64,000 nucleotides of DNA from Octopus sinensis (GCF_006345805.1 NC_043005.1:104160001-104224000); one strand, 5' to 3'. Shown: positions 1-13,988, counted from the stretch's first letter. Notes: generated from the letters alone by a model not told the origin. Program-made: numbers and translations.

Positions 1-59
1 AGCAACAATAATTAAGGTGCTGACAATGATGATGATGACAATTGAAATATAAAAATATA

Positions 60-420
60 AAAATCTCTGACAAAGGCTATTTACAACATTTCTAAAAATA
101 GCCAAACAATTGCTGTTTCGGCCAGGGTCAAGATACAGGACTCTTGACATGTCCAACAAAGCGTGACGCCTAAACCAATCAGCTCAACCAACCAATCAGT
201 TTAAGTAATTGAGTGATACTACACACTGATTGGTCAGAATACAGTTTGCAAAACATAGCAATCTGGAGCTTACACAGCTGTATTTAAGGCACAGATTCAA
301 TCATCTCGCTACAGTAAAAAATTGTGAAGCATGACTGTCACCACTACTACATGAACCTGAAGATTGCAGAATTTAATGCATGAAAGTACTAGTTCAATCA
401 GAATGAACATTTAACATTCT
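60..420 (+). mobile_element. Penelope-like pseudo-LTR-type segment (CCAAT boxes, TATA-like TATTTAAG, downstream hammerhead)
   Basis: CCAATC at ~175 and ~192, GATTGG ~229, TATTTAAG ~280, followed by a complete minimal HHR at 352-396; this arrangement is typical of PLE terminal repeats (inference). Confidence 0.45.
352..396 (+). ncRNA. Minimal type I hammerhead ribozyme motif
   Basis: TGAAC-CTGAAGA-TTGCA(gaatttaa)TGCAT-GAAA-GTAC-TA-GTTCA: stem I TGAAC/GTTCA, intact core, stem II, palindromic stem III GTAC, CUA cleavage triplet. Confidence 0.7.
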
Positions 421-560
421 ATTATTTTATTTTATTTTATTTTATTATATTATATTATCTTATATTATTATAAGATTGTAAATAAAACGTGAAAATCAGA
501 CAAGGTTGGAATTCCTTTTATTAATATATTCTTCTATACACAATCACACACACCCGTATA

Positions 561-884
<324 letters not shown>

Positions 885-1435
885 CACATTCAGGGGTAAA
901 GGTGGAGAGAAAAACTTTTAATTTATAGAATTATAGTTTTTTATCATTCTCTGAAGGTAGTAGTTGTTACTAAGTAATATTTGCAGTAATATTTCTCACT
1001 GAGGTAAGAATTATTTAAAATTAAATAATTTTTATAAATACCTTGTAATAATTCTCTTCCAAATTTTAATTGAAACTGACATAATGACCATTAAAGATTC
1101 CAACCACCTTCGTTGCCGTTTCGATGCACCTTGTGGATAACGCTTCTATGAGATTCATTAGTATTTCCCTTGAAACATAAATAATAGAACTACAAACCAA
1201 TTCGATATAGTGCTAGAACAAGATAAATTTAGAGAGCAAATTAATTGAGGAACGAAATAGGGAAATTTGGCGTCATATTAGCAAAGTTTCTTTTAAATTG
1301 CGTGTGTACTTGTGTGTGTGTGCTTGCGCGTCAGTATGTGCGACTGTTCGTATGCGTAAGTATGTGTGTTTGTATGTGTATACACCACTCAGATAGAGTT
1401 AACGTCTCAAGTTCCATTAAACAAGTGTTTATATG

Positions 1436-1880
1436 AGAACTGACTAAACCTCGGAAAGAACACAAGAAGGAGGCTCATGAAAGAAAGCTTTGCCAGATAT
1501 CAGGAGCTTCTAGAGGAGTTGCAGCGACCAAAGACACGGGGGAAGCTAGGCAGGCATTAGATATAGACTGGAATTACTCGCGCCCTATAGAAGAGGGCCA
1601 TCGATTCCATCACCGATGTTTCAGAGAAGATCACTAGGTGGCTTTGGCTAAAGCGGAAGAGGCAGGCCGAATGTTTGGTTCTACAGAATAGCAGAGAAGG
1701 TGACTCTATAGATTTGGATAAAGAGACTAAACTGGTGTATAGTTACTAGTATGATATAAACTGAGATTTTATCAACCTCGGCTTGGTTAACTGTGCGAGT
1801 GTGATATGGAAATACCTGAAATTCCCTAAGACTCCAGAAACACCACTGATGAAGCGTCATAGAAAATCCGTGGGATGAAT
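1436..1880 (+). mobile_element. 3' remnant of an R2-superfamily (HERO-like) non-LTR retrotransposon: restriction-like endonuclease C-terminus and 3' UTR
   Basis: Frameshifted translation ELTKPRKEHKKEAHERK..ARYQELL..PIEEG.R....AE....IWIKRD resembles the ELTVPWEE..AHERK..KY..PIEVG.RG..WIW.KR motif of REL domains; 3' GACTCCAGAAACACCACTGATGA resembles HERO 3' ends (recalled). Confidence 0.6.
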
Positions 1881-2388
1881 CTTGGAACTACATATGTATG
1901 TATATGAGATAAAACATAACACGTAGACCCACTACACGCTCAAAAATATAGACCCACAACAATCGAACTACAAATAGCCAACCAAAATGAAATAGAGAGG
2001 GCATTCAAGTGAGTGTGAAAACAAGCTAAAATAAAGCTTTAGGAAAACAAACAGAGGTGTACACCAACATAAACTTGACTAAAAACAAATCAAAACGAAC
2101 TTGATGGAAGAACGTCAATAACTAGATGAACAGATAAATTTAGAAAGAATAAGCAAATGAAAAGTGCATCAAGTCATCAGCAACTGACCACAACGAATGA
2201 ATATGAATTTAGAACCAAAATCGGTAAACATTCTCGCATAAAGATTTCAGTGGCGTGAAACTTGAGTCACGATATAAACACACACTTTCAATAAACGATA
2301 TGCCCTACAACAAGTATCTATTACTCTTCTCTTCTCTCGTTTCTTTGACTCAATTCATTACATACGTACAGACACGCATAAATACATA

Positions 2389-2441
<53 letters not shown>

Positions 2442-2689
2442 TGTGTGTATGTATATAAATTAATGCTGTATAAGATAAATATACTTTATATATTTAATGA
2501 AATGTGATTGTTATTGTTCGGCGACCACCGCCATCTCCACCATCACCACCACGGCAGCAACAATTACTAATAGATGTGAAATTACAATGCAACCTTGAGA
2601 AGAATCCTACTACTACTGCTACCCTTACATTCTCTGCTATCACAACTACGATGACTACCAAGCAATCTCTGCCAGCCCCAAAACAGCCT

Positions 2690-3041
2690 CACCATCGCTA
2701 TCACAACCACCACCACTACCACCAAAACTAACATCATTATCACCAATAACTCAACCGACAATACACCGCCACCAAGACCACCTATCACAACTACCACTAC
2801 CATCAATAGCAGCAGCACCAGCACCACCACCAACACCACCACCAACAACAACAAAGAGACCACCAACATCACCACTAACACCACCACCACCACCACCATC
2901 ACCACCACCACCACCACTAATAACAACAACAACAATAACAGCAACAACAACAACAGCAACACAGCCGCCGCCGCCACCACCACCACCAACAACAACAAAG
3001 ACAAGAACAACAACAGCAACACGGCCGCCGCCGCCACAACC

Positions 3042-3073
<32 letters not shown>

Positions 3074-3140
3074 CAACAACAACAACCACGAGACCACCAC
3101 CATCACCACTAACACCACCACCACCGACGCCTCCACCACC

Positions 3141-3172
<32 letters not shown>

Positions 3173-3430
3173 CAACAGCGCCGTCGCCGCCACCACCACT
3201 ACGATATCTATAACAACCGACATTATCGCCATCAATCTTCATCAACGTTGCAATAATGCTCACAAATACGACAACATTGATAACGCCCACCACACAGTTC
3301 GTTGTTTTTGTTCTGGATACTATTGTTGTTGTTGTTGTTGTTGTCTTTGCTGCTGCTGCTGCTGCTGCTACTGCCGCTGATGCTGTTCTTCCCGTTACCG
3401 TCGTCTTCGTCGACGTCGTATTGTTATTGT
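2690..3430. repeat. Mosaic trinucleotide low-complexity tract (CAC/AAC/GCC, then GTT/GCT)
   Basis: direct reading; internal ~55-bp sub-duplications. Confidence 0.9.
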
Positions 3431-4126
3431 TGCTGCTGTCAAATGTTGTGCCGATTGTTTCATCATCTTTGTCATTCGTTCATTATTTATTTATCGTATT
3501 TAATATCATTTCATTATCTAATAAGATTCATATCACTAAAATTGCCATACTGTTCTAATATTTCATAGTTGTTACTGTTGATGTTGTTGTTATTGATTAT
3601 GTTGTTTTTGTTTTTAATACAGTTTCCTGCCTTTCTCTGCCAATGTAATCTATATGTGTGTGCATGTGTGTAGTACATTATATGTATGTATGTGTGTAAA
3701 TGTATGCACACACACATGTATATACATATATGTGCAGTTTATAAATTACACATACACACACATATACATATATTTGTATATTTATGTTATTGTTGGTTTG
3801 TTTAAGGGATTTTTTTTTTGTTGTTAGATATTTTCTTGGAATGGGTTGAAGATGATTCGTGACTAACTTGAAATAATAACTGATCTTAGTGAAATTTTAG
3901 CCGGAACTCCGTAGGATTTCTAATCTGATACTTATTAACTCTTCACAACTGAAATAATATGGCAAAAAATAAAAACAAAAAATTTACAACCATGAAATAA
4001 TCATAAATAAACCTTAGAATTAAATAACTAAAATAAAGAAGACAGCAGTGCCAAAACAAAACAAAGAAAATTATTATTTCTTTCTTATTTTGGATCAAGG
4101 CTAGCAATTTTGAGGAAAAGGACATG

Positions 4127-4470
4127 CTGGTTATACCGACCCCACCGCCTTACTAGAATGGTACTTCATTTTATCGATCTCGAAAGAATGGGAAGCAGAG
4201 TTAGCCTCGGTAGTAAACCCTGGATGTAAAAACCGCAAAACATTTACTTTAACGCTTTAACGATTCTGTCATTTCGTTCTACTATAGACACAAGAATTGA
4301 AATTGAGGGGGCGGGCGCAGAAAGTCGATTACAGCGACCTTAGTGCCTAAATGGTACTTTGTTTATCAACCCCGCAAGGATGAAAAGCAAAGTCATCTCC
4401 GACGGCATTTCAACTCAAAACGTAAAAACGGACGAAATTTGGCTAAGCATTTTACCCAACGTACTAACGA
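4127..4470 (-). mobile_element. Two degenerate tRNA-derived SINE fragments (family A)
   Basis: TTTATCGATCTCGAAAGAATG / TTTATCAACCCCGCAAGGATGAAAAGCAAAGTC match the better copy at 33522-33749. Confidence 0.65.
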
Positions 4471-4699
4471 TCTCTATTTAAAGAAAACAAATCCGAAAAA
4501 ATACCACAAAGCATTTTGTTCGACGTGATTACTGTTCTGCAAGCTTGCTTCCTATTACAGAAATAAAATAAGGAAAAATAAACATAAATACGAATATAAA
4601 CTCCATAAAATGTTCATATCACTTGACACTTAAATTGTCTTGTGTTATGTCATACTTGATCAGCCAGGCTTAAGAGCAATGACATTTCAGTTTGGTCTC

Positions 4700-5150
4700 C
4701 TCTCAAAACACTACTGTATATATCAACTCTCAACCCTAGAAACAATGAGACATACAACACTAATGTACAAAATCTGCCTATGTGCATTAGAGATCTAAAA
4801 ATGAACGACATTCTGAAAACACATAAATTCATCAATTGCAAAAAGCAACACAAATCGCTAAAAATACTTCTAACAAATGTGAAGCTTTATACAACAGTCA
4901 CGAAACCAATAGTTAAAAAATGTAGACGGCCAAACTGTGGAACATGCCCCAACTTACTAGAGGACTCTTAATTCCTATTCAAACAAGGAGAGAGGTTCAC
5001 AATAAAAACCAACTTCACTTGTGCTTCCGAGAATCTAAATAATGTTATAACTTGCTCAGATTGTGGACTTAACTATATAGAACAGACAAGTATGACACTG
5101 AGACGGATAACCACACTACATAAGGAACAGATCCGGTTCTGCAATACAGA
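4700..5150 (+). mobile_element. Penelope-like element fragment, linker plus GIY-YIG endonuclease (Neptune-like)
   Basis: KCRRPNCGTCPNL..F..K.GERFTIKTNFTCASENLNNVITCSDCGLNYIEQTSMTLRRITTLHKEQIR with one stop; the C..C.TC / TC.S.N..Y.I.C..C...YIG.T pattern of PLE endonucleases. Confidence 0.75.
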
Positions 5151-5453
5151 TTCCTTAAAGATGAACAATTACCTCCCCTGTCCCTAATAATAACGATCAC
5201 CAACTACCTCCTCTTGGATTTTTCTATTTATTGAATCATTCAGTCATAAACTTGTCCACACACAACATAGATTAAAATCTTCTCAAGAAAATACGAAATT
5301 ACAATAATTTCAATGTCATGCTTAGCGATAGCAAAACCGGTCGACAAATACATTATAAAATATATTTTTAAAATATATTAAAACTATGTAAAGTGTATGC
5401 ATTTTCTTTTTAACTCACCACGTGGGGATAATTGAAATTCCTCCCTTTTTATT

Positions 5454-5499
<46 letters not shown>

Positions 5500-5564
5500 T
5501 GTATGTATGTATGTATGTATGCATATACATTTTATTAAAGTTGCAAAACTATCACAGAAGCGTC

Positions 5565-5856
5565 TCCGGTTCACGATCGTAAAGTCAAGAGTTCGATATG
5601 CGGCCGCGTGTTGTGTCCTCGAGTAAGACATTTCATTTTACTTTGCCCAGTCGACTCACCCGGCTAAAACGAGTAGTACCTGTAATTGAAAAGTTCAGCC
5701 TTGTCACATTCTGTGTCATGCTGAATCAACCTGAAAACTACACCAAGTATACATGTATCTGTGGGTTGCGTAGCCACTTGCACGTTAATTTCACGCGCAA
5801 GCTGTTTCGTTCACCCATTAAACTGGAACGTTCGTCGTCGTAACCGATAAAGTGTT
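5565..5856 (+). mobile_element. tRNA-derived SINE sharing a central/3' domain with 7676-8057 and 44920-45200
   Basis: GAGTTCGAT B-box-like motif; CCTTGTCACA..TGTGTCA.GCTGAATC and CCACTTGCACGTTAATTTCACG shared between copies. Confidence 0.75.
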
Positions 5857-7675
5857 AGTTTTGAGTTCAAATAACGCCACAGTCTACTTTGGTGATAGAT
5901 TTATGTCATCGCCTTGTTTAACACTACAAGATTCGGGAAGTTAGACATTATACAAATGTCAATGTAAGAAGAACTCGCTATTTGACAAGATATCATATCC
6001 TGCTTGTTAGTTGAGAGAAGAGAATAAAACGGAATAGCATTATTAGAAGAAACAGTAAGGAGAGAGAGAAAGAGAGCGCGGGAGAGAGAAAGAGCGAGAA
6101 AGAAAGAGGGAAAGGAGAGAGAAAGAGCAAGAAAGAAAGAGGGAGAGTTTGAGCTTATAAGGCTTAACGGTCACTACATTGGTATGGTTTCTCAATTATC
6201 CTGATGGCGTATTTTGATGTTTGTTTGTTCGAGTGCGTGCGCGTGTTTGTGAATATGTGTGCGTGCGTACGCTTGCGCATGCACGTGTTGAAATGGTTAC
6301 CCGTGGAGCAGTTGTACCGTTCTAAATCTGTACAGTGAATGGTAAAATATTTATGCTTTTCGAACAACTTTTGAAATCGCTTGATTTTCATAATCCCTTT
6401 TTTTTCTTTGCAAGTAATTTTAAGCACAATTTAACGCCTGTAAGTTGGCTGAATTTTAATTTTAATTTTTTAAGATCTTCCAAAAGGAAGGCAATACATG
6501 ACTGTTCACAGGGTCTACAAAATTGCTGGGACGAAAACAAGAAAGTACCTCCAACTGGAAATTCGATCCAATGTGGGATCATGCTAAAACCACCCAAGAT
6601 ATCAGATAGTAGTGTTATACAGGGTGGTGATAGAAATTTACCACCTAAATTTACCAGCGTGATTTGGACTCAGAATGTATAGAGCTGGAACAACTATCAC
6701 GTGGCGTACTGTCCAGTATTCTTACAGTTCCGTCAATCTGCTGTTCCAGATGGGTAAATTTTCTTAGTACGAAAAGTCATGTTGGTTTCAACTGGATTTG
6801 AACTCATATCACAGAGTTGATGTCCTTGTTGTTTAATACTAGCTCAGATCATATCGAGTAAATCTATGTTGGAAGATGTTTCAGACATGGCCATTTTTCA
6901 ATTTTTTTAAAGAGTAATGAGAAATTTCAAGCAGTTTTGGCTGATATTTCTTCATAATTTGCTCTCGGGCGAAATGGTAGGTCATCAGCGTAAATATCTT
7001 AGAATAGACGTTTCTTCCTACTCATCACCTCTAAGTTCAAATTCTATTGAATTTCACTTTTCCTTTTATCCTTTCGGGGTCGATCAAATAAATTACCAAT
7101 TGACCACTGACAAGATCAATGAATTCAGTTAATTCTTCCTCTAAAATTTCTGGCCTCGTGCAAAAATTTGGAACCCTTTTTAGAACATATTTCATTTCCA
7201 TATTCCTCGGCGGTTGACCTAATTCGACAAACGGTTTATTTAAAACTTTTGTTAGAATTAGTCCACCATGGCTTTCATTCTAACATTAATTACTCTTAGT
7301 GTGTATATGTAATTAATTATTACATATGTACACTTGAAGGATCCCCCCCTGACCCCGTTAGCTTAGATTATTAGCACGCAGTTGTTTCATTAACTAAATA
7401 GACATGTCAGTGGTTGAATATTCCACATAAACGTGCATCCTAATAAGTAAGATAGATCCGATGGACTTTTATGCAGTTTTTGCCTATCACATTATACTGA
7501 AAAACTGCAGCCCTCCCAAGGGTACGATATATGAATGGCATGCAAAGGGATTGAAAACGGTGTCTCAAGGTTACGAAGCAAGTTTCTTAGCCTGTCGGCC
7601 TTGCCTGCGTTCTGTATTCATACATGCATACATGCATACATGCATACATACATATATACATACATACATAGGATA

Positions 7676-8057
7676 GGAGCACTCCGTCGGTTGCGACGAT
7701 GAGGGTCCCAGCTGATACGATCAACGGAACAGCTTGCTCGTGATATTAACGTGCAAGTGGCTGAGCACTCCACAGACACGTGTACCCTTAACGTAGCTCT
7801 CGAGAGATTCAGCGTGACACAGATTGTGACAAGGCTGACCCTTTGAAATACAGGTACAAGAGAACAGGAAGAAAGAGCGAGAGAAAGTTGTGGTGAAAGA
7901 GTACAGCAGGTTCACCACCATCCCTCCCCTGCCGGAGCCTCGTGGAGCTTTAGGTGTTTTCGCTCAATAAACACTCACAATGCCCGGTCTGGGAATCGAA
8001 ACCGCGATCCTCCGACCGCGAGTCCGCTGCCCTAACCACTGGGCCATTGCGCCTCCA
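7676..8057 (-). mobile_element. Near full-length tRNA-derived SINE (family B)
   Basis: minus strand starts GGAGGCGCAATGGCCCAGTGGTTAGGG (A box) ... GGTTTCGATTCCC (B box), then the shared body. Confidence 0.85.
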
Positions 8058-8216
8058 CACATACTAGTACATACATACATACATACATACATATATACAT
8101 ATATACACACATACGTACGTACGTACGTATGTATGTATATATATACATATATATATATATGTACATTTACATCCAAATACGCACTTCCAAACATTCACAT
8201 GTGTATATATATATAT

Positions 8217-8443
8217 TTCTTTACTACCCACAAGGGGCTAAACATAGAGAGGACAAACAAGGACAGACAAAGAGATTAAGTCGATTACATCGACCCAAGT
8301 GCGAAACTAGTACTTTATTTATCGACCCCGAAAGAATGAAAGGCAAAGTCGACCCAGGCGGAATTTAAACTCAGAACGTAACGACAGATGATATGCCGCT
8401 AAGCATTTCGCCCGGCGCGCTAACGTTTCTGCCAGCTCACCGC
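8217..8443 (-). mobile_element. SINE family A copy
   Basis: high similarity to 33522-33749 and 53960-54178. Confidence 0.85.
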
Positions 8444-8977
8444 CATTCACAGGTATATAAACTTTGAACGGATGTATGCATGTATATGTGTGTTTGTGTG
8501 TATTTTGTGTGTTACAGGATGCGTGTATATATGCTTGCGTACGTATTTTTGTTTACTATGTACAAGTATATATACATTAAATTAATTAATAATGTAATTA
8601 ATGTATATATGTATAATTATAGTTAAATGCGCTTGGACACACGTGCGCATACATACGTATGATTACAGCCAAAGCTACATATATATGTGAATGTCACCCT
8701 AATATTGACATTCACACACATACACACACGTAAACACACATACACGTACACACACACATGCGCCCATACAAATATGCGGTTACATTTATCGATAAAACAC
8801 TGTCTCACTCTCTCTCTCTCTTTCACCCGCTCATTCTGCGTTTGTATGTGTACGTGTGTGTGTGTGTCTCTCTCTCTATATATAAAATAGATAGATAGGT
8901 ATACATATATATAAAGAGACATACATACACATATATATATATAGGTACATATAAGTATATATATATATATATATTAT

Positions 8978-9033
<56 letters not shown>

Positions 9034-10837
9034 ATATACATATATACATACATATATATATACATATATACATACATAGATTTATATATATGTATATACA
9101 TTCATGTATTCATACGTCTGAGAGAGAGAGAGAGAGAGAGAGAGGCAAGCAGATAGACTTACAGATAGATAGAGACAGAGATAAAGTGTGAGCGATAGTG
9201 AGTGAATGTTTTGTATGGTGCGAGGTGTGCCGCGCGATGTTGTGTGTATGTTGTAGTGTGATGATGTGGCATGAGGTGGGGCGGTGTGTTACGAAGTGTT
9301 GTGCTGTGGTGTTGAGCTGTGTGCGACGGTGTGGTGTACGGCTCTGAGCAGAATCTGATGTATTTGTTGAAAAGCTGGCTGTCATTAAAGGGGAGGAAAC
9401 TGTAATTCAGATACACAGTAAAATTTAATGAAATTTATTTAGTGTAATTAGTCCGTGACCGACAAGTAATTTGATTCAATTAAAAGTGGAATTTTTCCAG
9501 TCAGATGACAAAAAGATTGTATTCAATGAAATGACACCTTCCGTTGATGCCAATTGTAAAATCGCTGCTATATGGCAGAGTGGAAGAGCGTTGGCAAGCT
9601 AATTAAATTTCTGTTCAACTTAAATTTAATGATGTACACATAGAAATTAATTGAATTCCCATATGTGGGAAGTCCTTCATCCCCTTCACTTCATCCGTTC
9701 ACCCACCTCCATCTTTCTTCGTTAAGTCTTTTTTTTCTTTTTTTCTTTTGATTGTTTTTTTACATTGTTGCTGTTCTGGTTGTTATAGTTGATGATGGTG
9801 TTGTTCTTTCTTGTTACTGATGTTGTTACTAGTTGATGTTGACTGTGTCTGTGATAGTGAGGATGACACTGAAGGTGGTGTTGGTGGTAGTGGGGGTTGG
9901 TGGTTGTTTATATCGTTGATTTTGTTGTTGTTGATTATGATGGCAATGATGATAACGCTAGTATTATTGTTGTTATTGTTTAAACCAGGGTCACTTCACG
10001 TCAAGCAATCCTGTGATCAAAGCACTTCTAATCTCGGCTATTCTTAATTTTTCCAAACATGGTATACTGCGGACAAACTTATGCAATGAATCATTTCATA
10101 AAGCTTTTTAAAGTTTGGTTTGAGGCATATTTGGCCACTGTTTTTAGTTTCTCTAATTCTCTATAACTGATCTAGAGAAGTCGAAAGTAATTAGACATGA
10201 TTCTTACGCACAATTCGCAAAATCAGTGAACAGTATCAGGTTTCTAAACATCACTTTTAAGACATAAAGGTGTGATCTGAGAGAGATTAGACTGCTATTT
10301 TCGGTGAGGATCCCGACCTCGTTGAGAAGAAGTGAGGAGCGCCTCGTCTACAGGGGTAATAGCACACGCTTTCAAATTCGAAACCGTACGCTAAGGAAGT
10401 CTTAAAAGAAAACAAACTATAAAAGAAACTACTTTACACTTAATTACCAAAAATACACATTTTATGTTACATTTTTAGACATGTAATATTAAAAATTCAT
10501 TACTTGTTTCTTTTCTCAGCATTAATAGAGGATTTTATACATTCACAATTCATATTCAGCCTAGATGTCTTTCAATTTATGCAGGGGCTCATCTTGTCGC
10601 CTATTGTTATTCTGGTTTAGTTTCAGGTCAAACCTAATCAACCATACTTGTAGATGTACGACTAAAGGCATTCTAGGCGTGACAATTTCGTCGAACGGAC
10701 TAAATTGTTCAGAGCTTACCATTTTTTTTAATTGGTGAAGGAGATTTAATATCTATTTCAAGACAATCAATCGATCACGTGCTGTATGCGTGGTGTTATT
10801 AACATTCTCAATGACGACAGCGATGACAACGATGATA

Positions 10838-10869
<32 letters not shown>

Positions 10870-10979
10870 CATCATCATCATAGTCATTCATGATGATGAA
10901 GATTACGATGTCGATTATAATCCCGGTGATAAGTTTGTGGTTTTTGTTGTGGTCATTACTGTTACGGTTGTGTTTGTGC

Positions 10980-11019
10980 AGCAGCAGCAGCAGTTGTAGT
11001 AGTGGTAGTAGTAGTAGTG

Positions 11020-11069
<50 letters not shown>

Positions 11070-11215
11070 AGTGGTGGTGGTGGTAGCAGCAGCAGTAATA
11101 GTAGTAGCAGCAACAGTAGTGATAGTACTTGTAGTATCAGCAGTAGTAAAAGTAGTAGTCGTAGTAGTAGTAGTAGTCACAGCAGCAGCAGTAGTTGTTG
11201 TTGTAGTGGAGGCAT
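10980..11215. repeat. (GTA/GCA/GTG)n trinucleotide tract
   Basis: direct reading. Confidence 0.9.
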
Positions 11216-11533
11216 ATGTTGTTATGGTAGTGGGTGTGAGATGTTCTAATGCTGCCTCCTTATGTTTTGTTGTTGCCTGAGATCAGTTCTTCTCAAGATC
11301 TGGGATCAAAGTCAATCACTGCCACGTCCATGCCTAATTTTGTGATGGCAGAGTGAGTTTTGAAGGTAAATCGGTTACTGTATCTAGCAGATCAAGCAGC
11401 CAAGCAGAGGCAACCTCTCTCAAGACACGATCGTTCATTCAGCTTCTTTTAGCTGTCGTCGACAAGAACGAGACGAGGACAATGATGATGATTCTGTTTA
11501 CGACGGCGATGATGACCATGATTATGATTATTA

Positions 11534-11567
<34 letters not shown>

Positions 11568-11689
11568 GGTGGTGGTGAGGATGATGATGATATCGATGAT
11601 AAAGTGAGCGGTTATGGAAAACTTACAATATGCGAGCAACAATTTTAGTGGATGTGTCGACGGCGACAACGACGAAGTAAGAGAAGAGA

Positions 11690-12560
11690 AGAAGAAGAAG
11701 AAGAAGAAGAAGAAGAAGAAGAAGAAGAAGAAGAAGAAGAAGAAGATGATGATGACGAGGAAGAAGACAGCGAAGAAGAAGAAGAAGATGATGACGAGGA
11801 AGAAGACAGCGAAGAAGAAGAAGAAGAAGAAGAAGGAGGAGAAAAAGAAGAAGAGAAAAGAAGAAGAAAAAAGAAGGATAAGAAGAAGATGATGATGATG
11901 ACGAGGAAGAAGGAAAAGAAGAAGAAGATGAAGAGAAAGAAAATGATGAAGAAGAAGAAGAAGATGAAGAAAAAGAAAATGATGAAGAAGAAGAAGAAGA
12001 TGAAGAAAAAGAAGATGAAGAAAAAGAAGAAGAGGAAGAAGGAGAAGATGAAGAGGAAAAATGAAGGTGAAGAAAAAGAGGAAGAAAAAGAGGAAGAAAA
12101 AGAAGATGAAGAAAAAAGGGGAAGATGAAGAAGATGAAGAAGAAGGAGAAGGTGAAGAGGAAAAATAAAGGTGAAGAAAACGAGGAAGAAGATGAAGAAA
12201 AGAAGTTGAAGAAAAAGAAAATGAAGAAGTAGTAGTAGTAAAAGATGAAGAAGAAAACGAAGAAGAAGAAAAAGAAGAAGAAGAGGAAGTAGAGGAAGAA
12301 GGAGAAGTGGAAGGAGGAGAAGATGAAGAAGAAATAAAAGATGAAGAAAAAGAAGAAGAGGATGAAGAAAACGAAGATGAAGGAGATGAAGAAAATGAAG
12401 AAGAAGAAGAAGAAGAAGAAGAAGAAGAAGATGATGAAGAAGAAGAAGAAGAAGAAGAAGAAGCAGAAGAAGAAGAGACGGTGACAAGAAGAAAGAGAGG
12501 TAGAAGGAAAAGGCAAAGGAAGATGAAGAAGAAACGGGAGGAGAAAGAGAAGGAAGAAGT
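11690..12560. repeat. Long (GAA)n-based polypurine tract
   Basis: ~0.9 kb almost free of pyrimidines on the + strand; internal duplication GATGATGACGAGGAAGAAGACAGCGAAGAAGAAG. Confidence 0.95.
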
Positions 12561-12918
12561 AAAGGACAAGGTGAGGTATTGTGACGATGACAACGAGGAC
12601 AACGACAAAGACGACAGCGATGTTGACTATGATGATGATGATGGTGTTATTGCTGGAGATGTTGATGAGGATGGTAAAAGCGATGATGGCGATGCATCGC
12701 TTGTGACAATTTTCTCCAATAATTTCTGCTTTGATTCCTGGTTTTCAAATATAAATTTTTAATTAATTTTAAAAAGTCTAATGGAATCAAAGACTACAAA
12801 ATAACGTTTAATATTTATATGTATGCTTAGATGCGTAAACGCGTAAGTATTTATTTCTATAAACATTCACTTCGTATTACACACTCTCACACGAACACTT
12901 ACATACACAGATTTATAG

Positions 12919-12949
<31 letters not shown>

Positions 12950-13639
12950 TCTCTCTACGCACAAACACATATACACATATACACACACGTATATATATAT
13001 ATACACACACACATGTACATATATGTAGCATGTGTGTATGTATATGGACAAGCACATATATATATATATATAAATTTATATATATACATATATATATGTA
13101 TATATATACAAATATATATATATATATATATGCGTGCGTATGCCTGTATGCGTGACGTGTGAATGTGTGTGTGTGTATGTGTGTGTGTATGTGTAAGTGT
13201 GTGCATGTGTTAAAACCATTCAATAGAATCTCCGAATTTACTTACTCGTCCTCTCCTGAATGCAACCAGTTTCTTTCCGCTTCCAACAGTAAACGCCTGA
13301 ACGTACTTATACGAAATCCATTCGAAATAATTGTCCACTAAAATATGACTGCTCACTTATGGTCATCCTCTAATAAGCACTAAGTCTTCCACTACATCGG
13401 TATGACATCGGTTCTACAACGGTATGACATCCAACCATTATAAGTTACTAAACAATTCTCTGTATTCTTCTTCTAGATATTCCCGTCCATCAACTGAAAC
13501 TTCTTTAGCTAAGTATGTCTACGACTTAAATCTTCTAACCTCCTGGGGCACTAGATTCTGTCTCAAAAAGACAAAGCTCTTTTTCGAGTCATATAAACCC
13601 ATTAAGCCGGTTTTCCGGTTTCTCTGGTATATATATTGA

Positions 13640-13820
13640 CCCACTGGTCCAGACACCGGTTCACCGCAGGATTACTCAGTTTTGGCAGCTGAATGGACTG
13701 GAGCAACGTGAAATGAAGCGTTTTGCTCAAAAATACAAGGCTTCGTCCAGTCCAGGAGTCGAAACCACAGACGTACGATCATCAGTCCCATACCCTAACC
13801 ATTAAACCACACATCTCCAC
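13640..13820 (-). mobile_element. Degenerate tRNA-derived SINE
   Basis: GGCAGCTGAATGGACTGGAGCAACGTGAAATGAAG and GGAGTCGAAACC (B-box reverse complement) match 45070-45200 and 57340-57480. Confidence 0.7.
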
Positions 13821-13845
13821 TAGATTCTATCGCACCATACATCTA

Positions 13846-13857
13846 TCTATCTGTCTG

Positions 13858-13940
<83 letters not shown>

Positions 13941-13941
13941 C

Positions 13942-13988
<47 letters not shown>

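Noticed and set aside
2504-3568. Poly-T/V/G/L ORFs resembling mucins or glycine-rich proteins
   Set aside because: Trinucleotide mosaic open on both strands; no unique coding segment
7990-8057. tRNA gene (A/B boxes), also at 57340-57405 and 45130-45200
   Set aside because: No complete cloverleaf; the heads continue into shared SINE bodies
11439-12762. Long acidic, poly-K and poly-S/F ORFs (up to 389 aa)
   Set aside because: GAA repeats lack stops in most frames; no splice signals or non-repetitive domain
13240-13300. Possible minus-strand mini-exon ending at GTAAGT
   Set aside because: Acceptor lacks a polypyrimidine tract and the peptide is not recognised
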